Source: SAR202 cluster bacterium
Lineage (GTDB): Bacteria > Chloroflexota > Dehalococcoidia > Lucifugimonadales > GCA-2712585
Direction of reading: 5' to 3'
NCBI GenBank assembly: GCA_016872285.1
Contig: VGZZ01000009.1
Span: 820-64,819, forward strand
DNA: 64,000 nucleotides
A program made the translations under genes and the position numbers. The number at the start of each line of letters is the position of its first letter. Position 1 is the first letter of the stretch. Positions 9,217-17,979 of this stretch are shown piece after piece. A model generated the notes under the pieces. That model did not search any database and was not told where the DNA came from. It was given only the letters and a program-made list of their open reading frames with translations.

Positions 9217-9786
9217 TTAGGGTTTGGTGGCTAGGGCGTGCTTGAGGGATAGGAAGGTTTCAGCCATGGAACGCGCAACTCGTAGGGCTGGCTCATTGTC
9301 GTAGTAGACGTTAAGCGTGACGAATACAGGCCCTGGCGCGCTCAGGACGTCTTCCATTGCCAGGGCCATTTCCTCGATGTGGTCAAAGACGAAGGAGCTA
9401 GAGTAGCCGGCGCTCCTGGCCATGGTGGGGAAGTCCAGGGCATCCAGCCCTGGGATAGAGGAACCGCCGGTGGAGGCGTGGCCGCTATCTCGAAATAGAA
9501 AATGCACCAGGTTGCCAGGCCCAAGAGTCCCGACAGTCGTCAGAGAGCTGACGTTGGAACGAAGGGTGGCGTCGGACTCCAGGGCGAGGATGCGGTGATG
9601 GGGCCGGGCGAGGGCGAGGCCCAGGGCGACGGCGGTTACGCGCTCTGGGCAGTCGGTCAGGTCCAGGTCAAGGTTTCGGCACTGGGAGGCGGGCGTCCAG
9701 AGGTCGAGGGCGCGGGATGAGGCGACGGCGATGGCGTCGCCACGGTGGAGGCTAATGATTCGGGCGGCCTCGTCGGCGGGCATCAT
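9217..9786 (-). CDS. Degenerate paralogue of the sulfopyruvate/phosphonopyruvate decarboxylase beta subunit (TPP motif lost)
   Basis: It aligns by eye to the ORF at 9984..10577 (RIISLHRGDA vs RVIEKHRGDA; SAGYSSSFVF vs SAGYASAYEF). The GDG..N TPP/Mg motif ILDGDGSLVMNLG is replaced by ILALESDATLRSNV. I chose the ATG at 9786, which overlaps the upstream stop as ATGA. Confidence 0.65.
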   Translation of the reverse strand: MMPADEAARIISLHRGDAIAVASSRALDLWTPASQCRNLDLDLTDCPERVTAVALGLALARPHHRILALESDATLRSNVSSLTTVGTLGPGNLVHFLFRDSGHASTGGSSIPGLDALDFPTMARSAGYSSSFVFDHIEEMALAMEDVLSAPGPVFVTLNVYYDNEPALRVARSMAETFLSLKHALATKP

Positions 9787-9977
9787 GGTCGGGGACCGTC
9801 CGATAGACCACGGCTTCGGGTGAACAACCACATGCCGGCCAGGATAACCAGCGCGCCGACTATGCCAAAAATGATGTTGTCGTCAAGGAAGGCCTTATAG
9901 AGGAGCCAAAAGCCTAAGGCCAAGGCGCTCATCCCAGCGACACGCCCGCCGATGGAGTCCAGGAACTGCTTCTTCAC
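9783..9977 (-). CDS. Small 2-TM membrane protein (64 aa)
   Basis: GTG start 6 nt after the comE-like stop. Two hydrophobic helices (MSALALGFWLLY, IFGIVGALVILAGMWLF). Its stop overlaps the next start (ATGA). Confidence 0.45.
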   Translation of the reverse strand: MKKQFLDSIGGRVAGMSALALGFWLLYKAFLDDNIIFGIVGALVILAGMWLFTRSRGLSDGPRP

Positions 9978-9983
9978 GCGCAG

Positions 9984-10577
9984 CTAACTGCTCTTCTGCA
10001 GGAGCTCGCGGACTTCGTTTACCGCGACGCCGGTACCGCGCCGGGGACGCTCCCGGAATTGCACCGGAATGTTCTCTATCTCGGGTTTGACGCGAAGATT
10101 GACCATCACCGGCCCTTTTTTCTGCAGGACCTGGGCGATGTTGGAGGCGAAGTCCTCCAGGTTGTCGAACTCATATGCGGAGGCGTAGCCCGCGCTCAGG
10201 GCCATCTCTTTGAAGTTCAGCTTGCCCTCGGCGGGGATAGGCTGGCCGCCGGTGACGGCGTAGCAGCCGTTCTCGAAGACGAAGTGATAGAAGTTGGCCG
10301 GGGCTTTTTCGGCGATGGTGGTGAGGGTGCCCAGGTTCATCACAAGGCTGCCATCGCCATCGAGGATGAAGACTTTCCTTTTGGGCTGGGCGAGGGCGAG
10401 GCCGAGGGCGAAGGAGGAAGCTTTGCCCATGGCGCCGCCCAGGGGGATGTCCAGGGACTCGTTGTGGGTGACAGTGGGCCAGCCGAATCGTGGGTTGCCG
10501 GCGCCCATGGTGGGGACGACGAAGGCGTCGCCACGGTGTTTTTCGATGACACGGCAGGCGTCCTGGTTCTTAATCAT
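9984..10577 (-). CDS. comE: Sulfopyruvate/phosphonopyruvate decarboxylase beta subunit (TPP-binding)
   Basis: 197 aa. The intact motif is ILDGDGSLVMNLGTLTTI..FENGCY (GDG-x-N TPP motif). Confidence 0.75.
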   Translation of the reverse strand: MIKNQDACRVIEKHRGDAFVVPTMGAGNPRFGWPTVTHNESLDIPLGGAMGKASSFALGLALAQPKRKVFILDGDGSLVMNLGTLTTIAEKAPANFYHFVFENGCYAVTGGQPIPAEGKLNFKEMALSAGYASAYEFDNLEDFASNIAQVLQKKGPVMVNLRVKPEIENIPVQFRERPRRGTGVAVNEVRELLQKSS

Positions 10578-10667
10578 TGGGACCTCCTATGCTGATGAGT
10601 GGAAGATACATGGGATAAACGCAGCGTGATGGGTGGAGGTGATAAAGGATCGTGCCTCTAGGGTTTA

Positions 10668-10725
10668 CCCCTCACCTTAATCCTCTCCCACAAGGGGAGA
10701 GGAAAGAAGAAGTAAAGCCCTCTGT
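10668..10725 (+). repeat. Mosaic intergenic repeat, copy D (H1-only short form) between comD and comE
   Basis: cccctcaccttaatcctctccc-acaag-gggagaggaaagaag; the stem spans 10682-10689 and 10695-10702. Confidence 0.7.
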
Positions 10726-10759
10726 TCTATTAACGATGCCTCCTTTCAAGACCAAAGGG

Positions 10760-11278
10760 CTAGGAGCCGTATTCGGTGCCCATGAGGACGGCGACAGGCT
10801 TGGAGGTACGCTCCGCTTCCTCCAGAGCAAGAGATATGCGGGAGGCGTCCTCATCGGTCTCGATGAGGTAGTAGTTGACGCCCCAGGCGTGAAGGATGTG
10901 CTCGATGAACTTGGCGGCGGAGTCGCGGGTGACGCCGTGGCGGTCCCAGCCTCGATAGCCGATGAGCATGACCAGGGGCTGGTTAATATCCAAGCAGAGG
11001 CCTCGGATAGAGTCGCCGGACTCAAAGACGCCGGTGTTCTGAATAAGAGCCACGGGCTTTTTCCCGCCCACCCACAGGCCGGCGGCGATGGCCATGGTCT
11101 CGCCCTCGCGGGCGACGGGGACGAGGCTCATGGTCGGCTCCGACATAAGCTGCTGGTACATGAAGTTTGTCTCGCTATCAGGGAGCCAGACCACGTGGGT
11201 GATTTTGTTTTTCTTCAGCTCTGAAATGATGGCCTGGGGATGCAGTACAGCCTCGGGAAGGGGTTGTTTCGTCGTCAT
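10760..11278 (-). CDS. comD: Sulfopyruvate/phosphonopyruvate decarboxylase alpha subunit (TPP enzyme N-terminal domain)
   Basis: 172 aa: ITHVVWLPDSETNFMYQ..VPVAREGETMAIAAGLWVGGKKPVALIQNTG. Confidence 0.75.
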   Translation of the reverse strand: MTTKQPLPEAVLHPQAIISELKKNKITHVVWLPDSETNFMYQQLMSEPTMSLVPVAREGETMAIAAGLWVGGKKPVALIQNTGVFESGDSIRGLCLDINQPLVMLIGYRGWDRHGVTRDSAAKFIEHILHAWGVNYYLIETDEDASRISLALEEAERTSKPVAVLMGTEYGS

Positions 11279-11334
11279 CCCTCACCTCCACAACGCGTTG
11301 GGGTAAGGGCAATTATAGGGACAGCGGTGGAGGC

Positions 11335-12810
11335 TTACAACCTGGAGGAATTTTCCGATGTGAGGGCGTCGATGGCGGCGGCGATGCGTTGGAGACACCG
11401 TTCACGGCCCAGGACTTCCATGGTCTCGAAAAGGGGAGGGGAGACGGTGGCGGCGGTGACGGCCAGTCGAAGGAGGCCGAAGAATTGCCGCGGCGAGAGG
11501 CCTAACTGCTCGCCCAGGGCGCGGAGCCTTTCTTCGAGGGTCTTGGAATCGAAGGCGGGAGCAGCTTTTAGGTTATCCAGAGTGCTGTTTAGAGCAGGCA
11601 AGGCACGGGAAGTATCCATAGCCTTTTGCATCTCTTTGACGTTGGGCGTGAAGCCCTGGTCGAAGAAGAATGAGATAAGGGATGCGGCCTCAGCCAGGTT
11701 TTTGAGGCGCTCGTGGATGAGGGGAAGGATGCGCAGAAGGTAGTCCTGGTCGAGGGGCTGAGGGATGCCGGCGGGCGGGTAAGCTTTCCAGAAGTCCAGC
11801 AAGGCCTGGCAAAGCTGCTCTTTATCCAGGCTGCGAATGTAGACGCCGTTCATCCAGTCCAGTTTTTCGATGTTGAAGATGGCGGCGGACTTGACGACGC
11901 GTTCCAGGGAGAAGTTCCCCTGGAGGGCGCGGCGGTCCATAACCTCCGTCTTATCGTCCAGGGACCAGCCGAGGAGGGCCATGAAGTTCAGCAAGGCGTC
12001 GGGCAGGTAGCCCTTCTCTCGATATTCGAGGACGGAGGTGGCGCCGTGGCGCTTGGAGAGCTTGGAGCGATCCGGCCCCAGAATCATGGGCATGTGGCCG
12101 AAGAAAGGGGGCTGCCAGCTAAAGGCCTCGTAGAGCTTGAGGTGTCGTGGAGTGCTGGGGAGCCACTCCTCGGCGCGGAGGACGTGGGTAATCTTCATGT
12201 GATGGTCATCCACCACGTTGGCGAGGTGATAGGTGGGGAAGCCGTCGGACTTGAGCATGACAAAGTCGTCGATAAGCTCGCTTTGCCAGGAGACCTCGCC
12301 CCGGATGAGGTCATCGAGGCGGATGATGCCTTCGTCAGGCATGTGGAAGCGCACGACGGAGGGTGTGCCGGAGGATTCCAAGACTTGTTTTTCGTCGGGG
12401 GCGAGGCGGAGGCAGCGGCCATCGTAGCCGGGGGGCTGCTTGTTTTGCATCTGCTCTTTGCGCATAGCTTCGAGGCGCTCAGGGGTACAGAAACACCGGT
12501 AGGCGTGGCCGCAGGATATGAGAAAGTCGACGGCGTCTTTGTAAATAGTGAGGCGCTGGGACTGGAGATAGGGCTTGTAGGGGCCGTCAACCTGGGGGCC
12601 TTCGTCCCAGTCGATGCCTAGCCACTTCAAGGATTCGAGGATGCCTTCCAGGGCGCCGGGCACTAGGCGCTGCTGGTCCGTGTCCTCGATTCGCACGATG
12701 AACTTGCCGCCGTGGCGGCGGGCGAAGAGCCAGTTGAACAGGGCGGTGCGGACGTTGCCAATGTGAGGCTGGCCCGTGGGGCTGGGCGCAAATCTAACTC
12801 TAACGGACAT
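11335..12810 (-). CDS. gltX: Glutamate--tRNA ligase
   Basis: 491 aa: FAPSPTGQPHIGNVRTA (HIGH motif), IVRIEDTD and KLSKRHG (KMSKS motif). Confidence 0.95.
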   Translation of the reverse strand: MSVRVRFAPSPTGQPHIGNVRTALFNWLFARRHGGKFIVRIEDTDQQRLVPGALEGILESLKWLGIDWDEGPQVDGPYKPYLQSQRLTIYKDAVDFLISCGHAYRCFCTPERLEAMRKEQMQNKQPPGYDGRCLRLAPDEKQVLESSGTPSVVRFHMPDEGIIRLDDLIRGEVSWQSELIDDFVMLKSDGFPTYHLANVVDDHHMKITHVLRAEEWLPSTPRHLKLYEAFSWQPPFFGHMPMILGPDRSKLSKRHGATSVLEYREKGYLPDALLNFMALLGWSLDDKTEVMDRRALQGNFSLERVVKSAAIFNIEKLDWMNGVYIRSLDKEQLCQALLDFWKAYPPAGIPQPLDQDYLLRILPLIHERLKNLAEAASLISFFFDQGFTPNVKEMQKAMDTSRALPALNSTLDNLKAAPAFDSKTLEERLRALGEQLGLSPRQFFGLLRLAVTAATVSPPLFETMEVLGRERCLQRIAAAIDALTSENSSRL

Positions 12811-12935
12811 GGCTTTGGAAGTGGCCTCCTTAGGCAGATTTTATCATGGGTTCTATATATGCAGCGGCAGTGACTAAGGAACCGACCACACCACCCTCCA
12901 CCACGACCCATCTCTAGCTCTACCCACAAGACGTA

Positions 12936-13216
12936 GGATTCTGATTACATTCCTGATCATAAGCGGTACTACTTCATCACCCTTAATCGCTCTTCTCCTT
13001 TCTGAGAAGAGGGAAAGAAAAAGAGACACCACAACCCCCTCCTTCGACCAGGCTCAGGACAGCGTCTAACTCCCCCTTCGCCTTTCAGGCCGAAGGAGGA
13101 GTACCAGTCCAGCCCCGAATTCCCATCTGATCAGATGGTTTGCAGCTTCTCATAAACCAGCCCATCATAGAAGAAAACGAAGGCTTGGAACCTCCGTTAA
13201 TGCGTATCACACGTTC
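12936..13216 (+). repeat. Mosaic intergenic repeat, copy E (full)
   Basis: gattctgattacattcctgatcataagcgg + H1 (ctcttctc/gagaagag) + ccacaaccccctccttcgaccaggctcaggacagcg + H2 + the R1 arm ..gcagcttctcataaaccagc..acgttc. Confidence 0.85.
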
Positions 13217-13249
13217 ACGGGGGAGATGACCAGGGGGGCGAGAGCCTCA

Positions 13250-14197
13250 CTACCTTGCCCTGTTTGTAGCACGCCCAAGCAAATCGTTTTCTACCACGCC
13301 TGCGCCGCCCACTGATTCCAGCAGGCAGCGTAACTCGTCGGGCAGGGGGGACTGGAAATCCTGCCACTGGCCACTGATGGGATGGGTGAAGCCGAGTTTG
13401 TGGGCGTGGAGGAAGTGACGGGATATACCCACATTCTTGCCGCTGTATAGCGTGTCGCCGACTAGGGGGTGGCCGAGATGGGCCATGTGGACCCGGATCT
13501 GGTGGGTGCGGCCGGTTTCGGGGCTGGCCTCGACTAAGGTGTACAGGTCGCATTGCCACAAAACGCGGTATCGGGTGCGGGCGTGGCGGCCCCAGGAGAG
13601 GACGGCCATTCGCTTTCGATGCCGCTGGTCGCGGGCGATGGGGGCGTCGACGACGCCTTCTTTGGATTTTACGCGGCCATGGACCAGGACTAGGTAGCCT
13701 TTCTTTATGGAGCGCTCTTTTAGCTGCCGCGATAACTCTCGATGGGCTTGCTCGGTCTTTGCGACCATGATGAGGCCGGAGGTGTCTTTGTCCAGCCGAT
13801 GGACTATTCCTGGCCGCTGCTCTCCGCCGATGCCGGGCAAGTCGGGATACAAGGCCAGGAGGGCGTTGACCAGGGTGCCGGATGGGTGGCCGGGCGAGGG
13901 GTGGACGGTGAGGCCGGCGGGCTTGTCCACTACCAGCAAATCGTCATCCTGATAAACGATGTTCAGGGGGATAGACTCCGCCGCCAGCCCAGCCGGGGCG
14001 GGGTCTGGTATGGTGACAGAAACCAGATCGCCGACGCGAACACGGTCGCTGGGGAGGTGCAGGACGCCGTTGAGGATGACGCGGCCCTGCTTTATGAGGC
14101 GCTGGGCCTGGGCACGGCTAAGGTTGAGGTCGGTGGCGGTGAGGAAGAGGTCCAGGCGTCGAGAGTCCTGGCGAGCGGTGAACTCCCTAGTCTTCAT
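13250..14197 (-). CDS. rluD: RluA-family 23S rRNA pseudouridine synthase
   Basis: 315 aa with an S4-like N-terminus (RLDLFL..LSRAQAQRLIKQGRV) and the catalytic motif HRLDKDTSGLIMVAK. Confidence 0.9.
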   Translation of the reverse strand: MKTREFTARQDSRRLDLFLTATDLNLSRAQAQRLIKQGRVILNGVLHLPSDRVRVGDLVSVTIPDPAPAGLAAESIPLNIVYQDDDLLVVDKPAGLTVHPSPGHPSGTLVNALLALYPDLPGIGGEQRPGIVHRLDKDTSGLIMVAKTEQAHRELSRQLKERSIKKGYLVLVHGRVKSKEGVVDAPIARDQRHRKRMAVLSWGRHARTRYRVLWQCDLYTLVEASPETGRTHQIRVHMAHLGHPLVGDTLYSGKNVGISRHFLHAHKLGFTHPISGQWQDFQSPLPDELRCLLESVGGAGVVENDLLGRATNRAR

Positions 14198-14831
14198 CGG
14201 TAGGACGGGCTGGGGGGCGGGTTTCCTGGGGGGCGGAGGTCGGAGGGGAGTCGGTGGGCTGGGCTGGGGGCGGGTTGGGGCCGGCGTCCAGGGGAGGAGA
14301 TGGCTCCGTTTGGAGTCGCGCGTCAGTGTCTTGCGCTTTCTTTTCGTCTTTATCCCCCGAGAGGATGAACACAGCGATGAGGATGATGATACCGATGACG
14401 ATGGAGGCGTCGGCGAGGTTGAAGACGGGCCACCAGGCTAGCTGCACAAAATCGGTGACCTGGCCGAAGCGGAGCCGGTCCGTGAGGTTGCCAATGGCGC
14501 CGCCGAGCTGCATGCCGAGGCTGAGCCGCAGCCAAGGGCTTGGGAAGGGCTGATGGCGATAGACCAGCAGGAGCACGCCCATGCCGATGAAGGAGGCGAT
14601 GATGAGGAGGATGGTCTGGTCTGGGAAGAGGCCGAAGGCGGTGCCGGTGTTATAAGTGCAGGTAAGCCGGAAGGAGCCTTCCTCAGGAATCGAGCGGGAG
14701 GGACAGAGGTTCTCCTCGGCCCAGTACTTGGTGACCTGGTCCAGGAGATAGATGATACCGATGACGGGCAGGAGGAGCCAGTCCTGATACCAGGGGACTT
14801 TCAGTTTTTTGGGGAGGTGAGGGTGGGCCAT
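14187..14831 (-). CDS. lspA: Signal peptidase II (lipoprotein signal peptidase) with a Pro-rich C-terminal tail
   Basis: Contains NTGTAFGLF and FNLADASIVIG. The last ~55 aa are Pro/Thr/Asp-rich. Confidence 0.85.
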   Translation of the reverse strand: MAHPHLPKKLKVPWYQDWLLLPVIGIIYLLDQVTKYWAEENLCPSRSIPEEGSFRLTCTYNTGTAFGLFPDQTILLIIASFIGMGVLLLVYRHQPFPSPWLRLSLGMQLGGAIGNLTDRLRFGQVTDFVQLAWWPVFNLADASIVIGIIILIAVFILSGDKDEKKAQDTDARLQTEPSPPLDAGPNPPPAQPTDSPPTSAPQETRPPARPTDED

Positions 14832-14835
14832 TAAA

Positions 14836-15486
14836 TCAGATTAACGTATCGATGAAGAATTGGGAAACGATGGCGGCCACCTCGCCCTCGCGTCCGCGCC
14901 AGAAATGGTTGGCGCGGGGAACCAGATGGAACCGCACGTCACCCTTGAGGCCAGCGACGCGCTCCCGGATGGTGTGGGTGCGAACCTGGGTGTCGTCCTC
15001 GCCGACGACGAAGAGGGTTGGCGATTTGACCTTAAACCTCAGGGGGCGGTCGACGGCGCCGCTGGGCGGCGAGACGATGGCGAAGGAACGCGCCCTGGGG
15101 TAAGCGGGGAGGACGGACATTAAAACCATAGCGCCGAAGGAGTAGCCAGCGACGCCAATCTTTGACTTATCCACGCCCGGCCATTGAGTCAGGAAATTCA
15201 TGGCCGCGTCCAGGTCCTTGGCCTCACCCTTGCCGTTGTCGAAGGAGCCCTGGCTGCCGCCCACGCCTCGAAAATTAAATCGAAGGGATACGATGCCTGA
15301 GAGGGCCAGGGAGTGGCTGATGGCGGCTACGACGGGGTTGTCCATGTCGCCGCCGTAGAGAGGGTGAGGATGACATATCACCACGCCGGGGGGGCTGTCT
15401 TTAATGACAGCGGGAGAGGTGATGACGCCTTCCAGGTCCAGCTTGCCGCTTCGCACCGAGATAGAGGTATGGCGGAGGGATTCCAT
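14836..15486 (-). CDS. Alpha/beta hydrolase
   Basis: Contains HPHPLYGGDMDN and the GYSFGAMV nucleophile elbow. I chose the ATG at 15486 because the track start at 15627 overlaps the divergent ltaE. Confidence 0.75.
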   Translation of the reverse strand: MESLRHTSISVRSGKLDLEGVITSPAVIKDSPPGVVICHPHPLYGGDMDNPVVAAISHSLALSGIVSLRFNFRGVGGSQGSFDNGKGEAKDLDAAMNFLTQWPGVDKSKIGVAGYSFGAMVLMSVLPAYPRARSFAIVSPPSGAVDRPLRFKVKSPTLFVVGEDDTQVRTHTIRERVAGLKGDVRFHLVPRANHFWRGREGEVAAIVSQFFIDTLI

Positions 15487-15568
15487 CAACGACCATATTA
15501 GGTGCGCGGCTTGGCCTTTGACAAGGCTGACTGTTAGAATAGCCAGAGTTTTCCGCAGGGAGGGCGGC

Positions 15569-16618
15569 ATGGGTTTCATTGACCTTCGCAGCGACACCGT
15601 GACCAAGCCTACGGAAGCTATGCGCAAGGCGATGGCGGAAGCGGAGGTGGGCGACGACGTTTACGGGGAAGACCCTACGGTCAACCGGCTGGAAGCCCTG
15701 GCTGCCGATAAGATGGGAAAAGAGGCGGCGCTTCTGGTGAGCAGCGGCACCCAGGGAAACCTCTTGGGGGTCCTGTCTCAGTGCCGCAGCGGCGACGAGA
15801 TTATCGCGGGGGCCAACAGCCACATATTCTGGAATGAGTCGGCAGGGGTGGCTACTCTAGGAGGCGTCCAGATCCACCTAGTCCCAAACCAGCCGCAGGG
15901 CGCCCTGGCACCGGGCGACGTAGAGAAGGCGATTCGTCCTAAAGGGAACCCGCATTTCCCGCCGACACGGCTGTTATGCCTGGAAAACACGCAGAACCGC
16001 AGCAACGGTGGGGTGATGACGGTGAGCGAGACCAAGGCGGTGTGCGATTTGGCTCACGGACACGGCGTCCGGGTGCATATGGACGGCGCGCGGATCTTCA
16101 ACGCCGCGGTTTATCTGGAAGCGCCGGTGGACAGGCTAGTGAAGGATGTGGATACTGTGACCTTCTGCCTGTCTAAAGGACTAAGCGCGCCGGTTGGTTC
16201 CATGCTCTGCGGCTCAAAGGAGTTCATTGGTGAGGCGCGTCGATGGAGGAAGATGGTGGGGGGAGGAATGCGGCAGGCGGGGGTTATTGCGGCGGCGGGG
16301 ATAGTCGCCATCGAGGATATGGTGGAGCGGCTGGCGGAGGACCACGCCAACGCGCGGCGGCTGTCCCAGGGACTGTCGCAGATCAAGGGCATCATCCACG
16401 ACCCTAAGACAGTTCAGACAAATATCCTCTTCTTTGATATTGACCCGAAATACGGGACTATGCCAGACTTCGTGAAGCGGGTGGATAAGGAGGGGGTGAA
16501 GGTGCATTACGTGTACGGCCGGATACGGATGGTTACGCATCGCCACATCAGTAACGCAGATGTGGACGCGACTTTGAAGGCGGTGGCCAAGGTAACGAAG
16601 TCGATGGGCCAGCCTTAG
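15569..16618 (+). CDS. ltaE: Low-specificity L-threonine aldolase
   Basis: MGFIDLRSDTVTKPTEAMRKAM..GDDVYGEDPT. I chose the ATG at 15569, which has a GGGAGGG RBS. Confidence 0.85.
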   Translation: MGFIDLRSDTVTKPTEAMRKAMAEAEVGDDVYGEDPTVNRLEALAADKMGKEAALLVSSGTQGNLLGVLSQCRSGDEIIAGANSHIFWNESAGVATLGGVQIHLVPNQPQGALAPGDVEKAIRPKGNPHFPPTRLLCLENTQNRSNGGVMTVSETKAVCDLAHGHGVRVHMDGARIFNAAVYLEAPVDRLVKDVDTVTFCLSKGLSAPVGSMLCGSKEFIGEARRWRKMVGGGMRQAGVIAAAGIVAIEDMVERLAEDHANARRLSQGLSQIKGIIHDPKTVQTNILFFDIDPKYGTMPDFVKRVDKEGVKVHYVYGRIRMVTHRHISNADVDATLKAVAKVTKSMGQP

Positions 16619-16634
16619 GCACCGATTTCAGTCG

Positions 16635-17603
16635 ATGAAGCCTTTTTTAAGCGTTTTTATCCTTTTGACCCTTTTGACTGTTCTCCTGGCCGGCTGCAAG
16701 GGCACGGGCGAGGCGGGGAGCAATAACGGGACACCAGATATTCCCGCAACAGTGCGGGCTGTTCTGGATAAGTACCCTTTTCCCACGCCGCCCGCGACCC
16801 TGGACACGGAGGCCCTGGCGGACGAGATCACCCAGCGAGTGCTGGAAGCCCTGGCATCGGTGCCGCCGACAGCGACGCCGACGCCAACGCTGGCGCCTAC
16901 ACTGACGCCAACACCCACTCCGACTCCCACGCCTACACCTACCCCTACACCGACACCTACGCCCACTCCCACGCCGCCAGTCACGCTTACAAGCATTATC
17001 CAGAAGACGCTGCCCTCCGTGGTCCGCGTCCAGGCTGAAGGAGCAGACTCAAGCAACATTGGCACCGGAGTCATCTACAGGGTGAATAGGGAGACCGGGA
17101 GCGCTTTTGTCTTGACTAATGAACACGTAATACGCGACGCAACTGAGGTAAATGTGATAGTCCGGGAACTCCTGGACTACAAAGCGACGGTAAGGGGAGC
17201 GGACCAGCAAAGGGATGTGGCGGTGCTGGAGATATGCTGCAGCCCGGGCTTTACATCGATAGCCCTTGGAGACGCGCTGACACTGCAGCCCGGGACCGAT
17301 GTCGTCGCCATAGGCTACGCGCTGGACCTAGAGGGCGGGCCGTCGGTAACGAAGGGGGTGGTCTCGGCCAATCGGTACGAGGCGACGGAGGACCGGTGGC
17401 TGGTGCAGACGGACGCGCCTCTGAAACCCGGCAATAGCGGCGGGCCGCTAATCTCCGCCGACGGACTGCTGGTGGGCATCAACACCTTCGGCATCCGAGC
17501 TATCTACGGCGTCAACGTGGAGAGCTTCGGGTTCGCCGTATCCGAGATAACCTTGAGTAAACTGTTACCTGGACTTGAGGGAAGATCTAGCCCGACTTCC
17601 TAG
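16635..17603 (+). CDS. Trypsin-like (S1) serine protease lipoprotein with a (Thr-Pro)n linker
   Basis: Lipobox LLAGC, TNEHV (His), GNSGGPL (Ser). No PDZ domain. Confidence 0.8.
   Translation: MKPFLSVFILLTLLTVLLAGCKGTGEAGSNNGTPDIPATVRAVLDKYPFPTPPATLDTEALADEITQRVLEALASVPPTATPTPTLAPTLTPTPTPTPTPTPTPTPTPTPTPTPPVTLTSIIQKTLPSVVRVQAEGADSSNIGTGVIYRVNRETGSAFVLTNEHVIRDATEVNVIVRELLDYKATVRGADQQRDVAVLEICCSPGFTSIALGDALTLQPGTDVVAIGYALDLEGGPSVTKGVVSANRYEATEDRWLVQTDAPLKPGNSGGPLISADGLLVGINTFGIRAIYGVNVESFGFAVSEITLSKLLPGLEGRSSPTS
16869..16980 (+). repeat. Imperfect ACNCCN hexanucleotide tract encoding a (TP)n linker
   Basis: Translates as PTATPTPTLAPTLTPTPTPTPTPTPTPTPTPTPTPTPP, within the protease CDS. Confidence 0.8.
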
Positions 17604-17979
17604 GGTCCGGGACGTTGACCACCATGAAGTCGCCTGCGTTGCGGGCCACGACTAGCTCCACAGGCTCCTTGGTCACGTTCTCTTCGACGTGGATAGTGAG
17701 AGGCGGCACGTAGAGGAAGTCACCGGCGCCGGCCTCCAGGGTATGCTGGAGCTTGTCGCCGTAGTACATGCGGATGCGGCCTTTCACGATGTAGATGCCG
17801 GATTCGGCGCCGCCGTGGTGGTGGGCGCCGCTGGGCCCGGGAGGCGCGGAGACAAAGCCCATCCAGAAGGACTTGCTATTGGTCAGGTCCGGGGCGATGC
17901 CGGCCTGTCGAACCATGCCTGGGGTCTGGGCGGTATTGGCGCTGCGCTGGCCAGGTTTAATGAGTCTGACGGGTTCCAT
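17587..17979 (-). CDS. Cupin-domain protein
   Basis: 130 aa: GAHHHGGAESGIYIVKG..GDFLYVPPLTIHVE. Its start overlaps the rarA stop (TAATG). Confidence 0.75.
   Translation of the reverse strand: MEPVRLIKPGQRSANTAQTPGMVRQAGIAPDLTNSKSFWMGFVSAPPGPSGAHHHGGAESGIYIVKGRIRMYYGDKLQHTLEAGAGDFLYVPPLTIHVEENVTKEPVELVVARNAGDFMVVNVPDPRKSG

Noticed and set aside
15404-15627. Long N-terminal extensions making the hydrolase (to 15627) and threonine aldolase (from 15404) overlap by 224 nt
   Set aside because: Family-typical N-termini begin at 15486 (MESLRH..) and 15569 (MGFIDLRSDTV, good RBS). The extensions have no homology-like features.
16869-16980. Possible CRISPR-like or tandem-repeat locus
   Set aside because: It is an in-frame ACNCCN tract encoding a (Thr-Pro)n linker within a protease gene. 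There is no spacer/repeat organisation.
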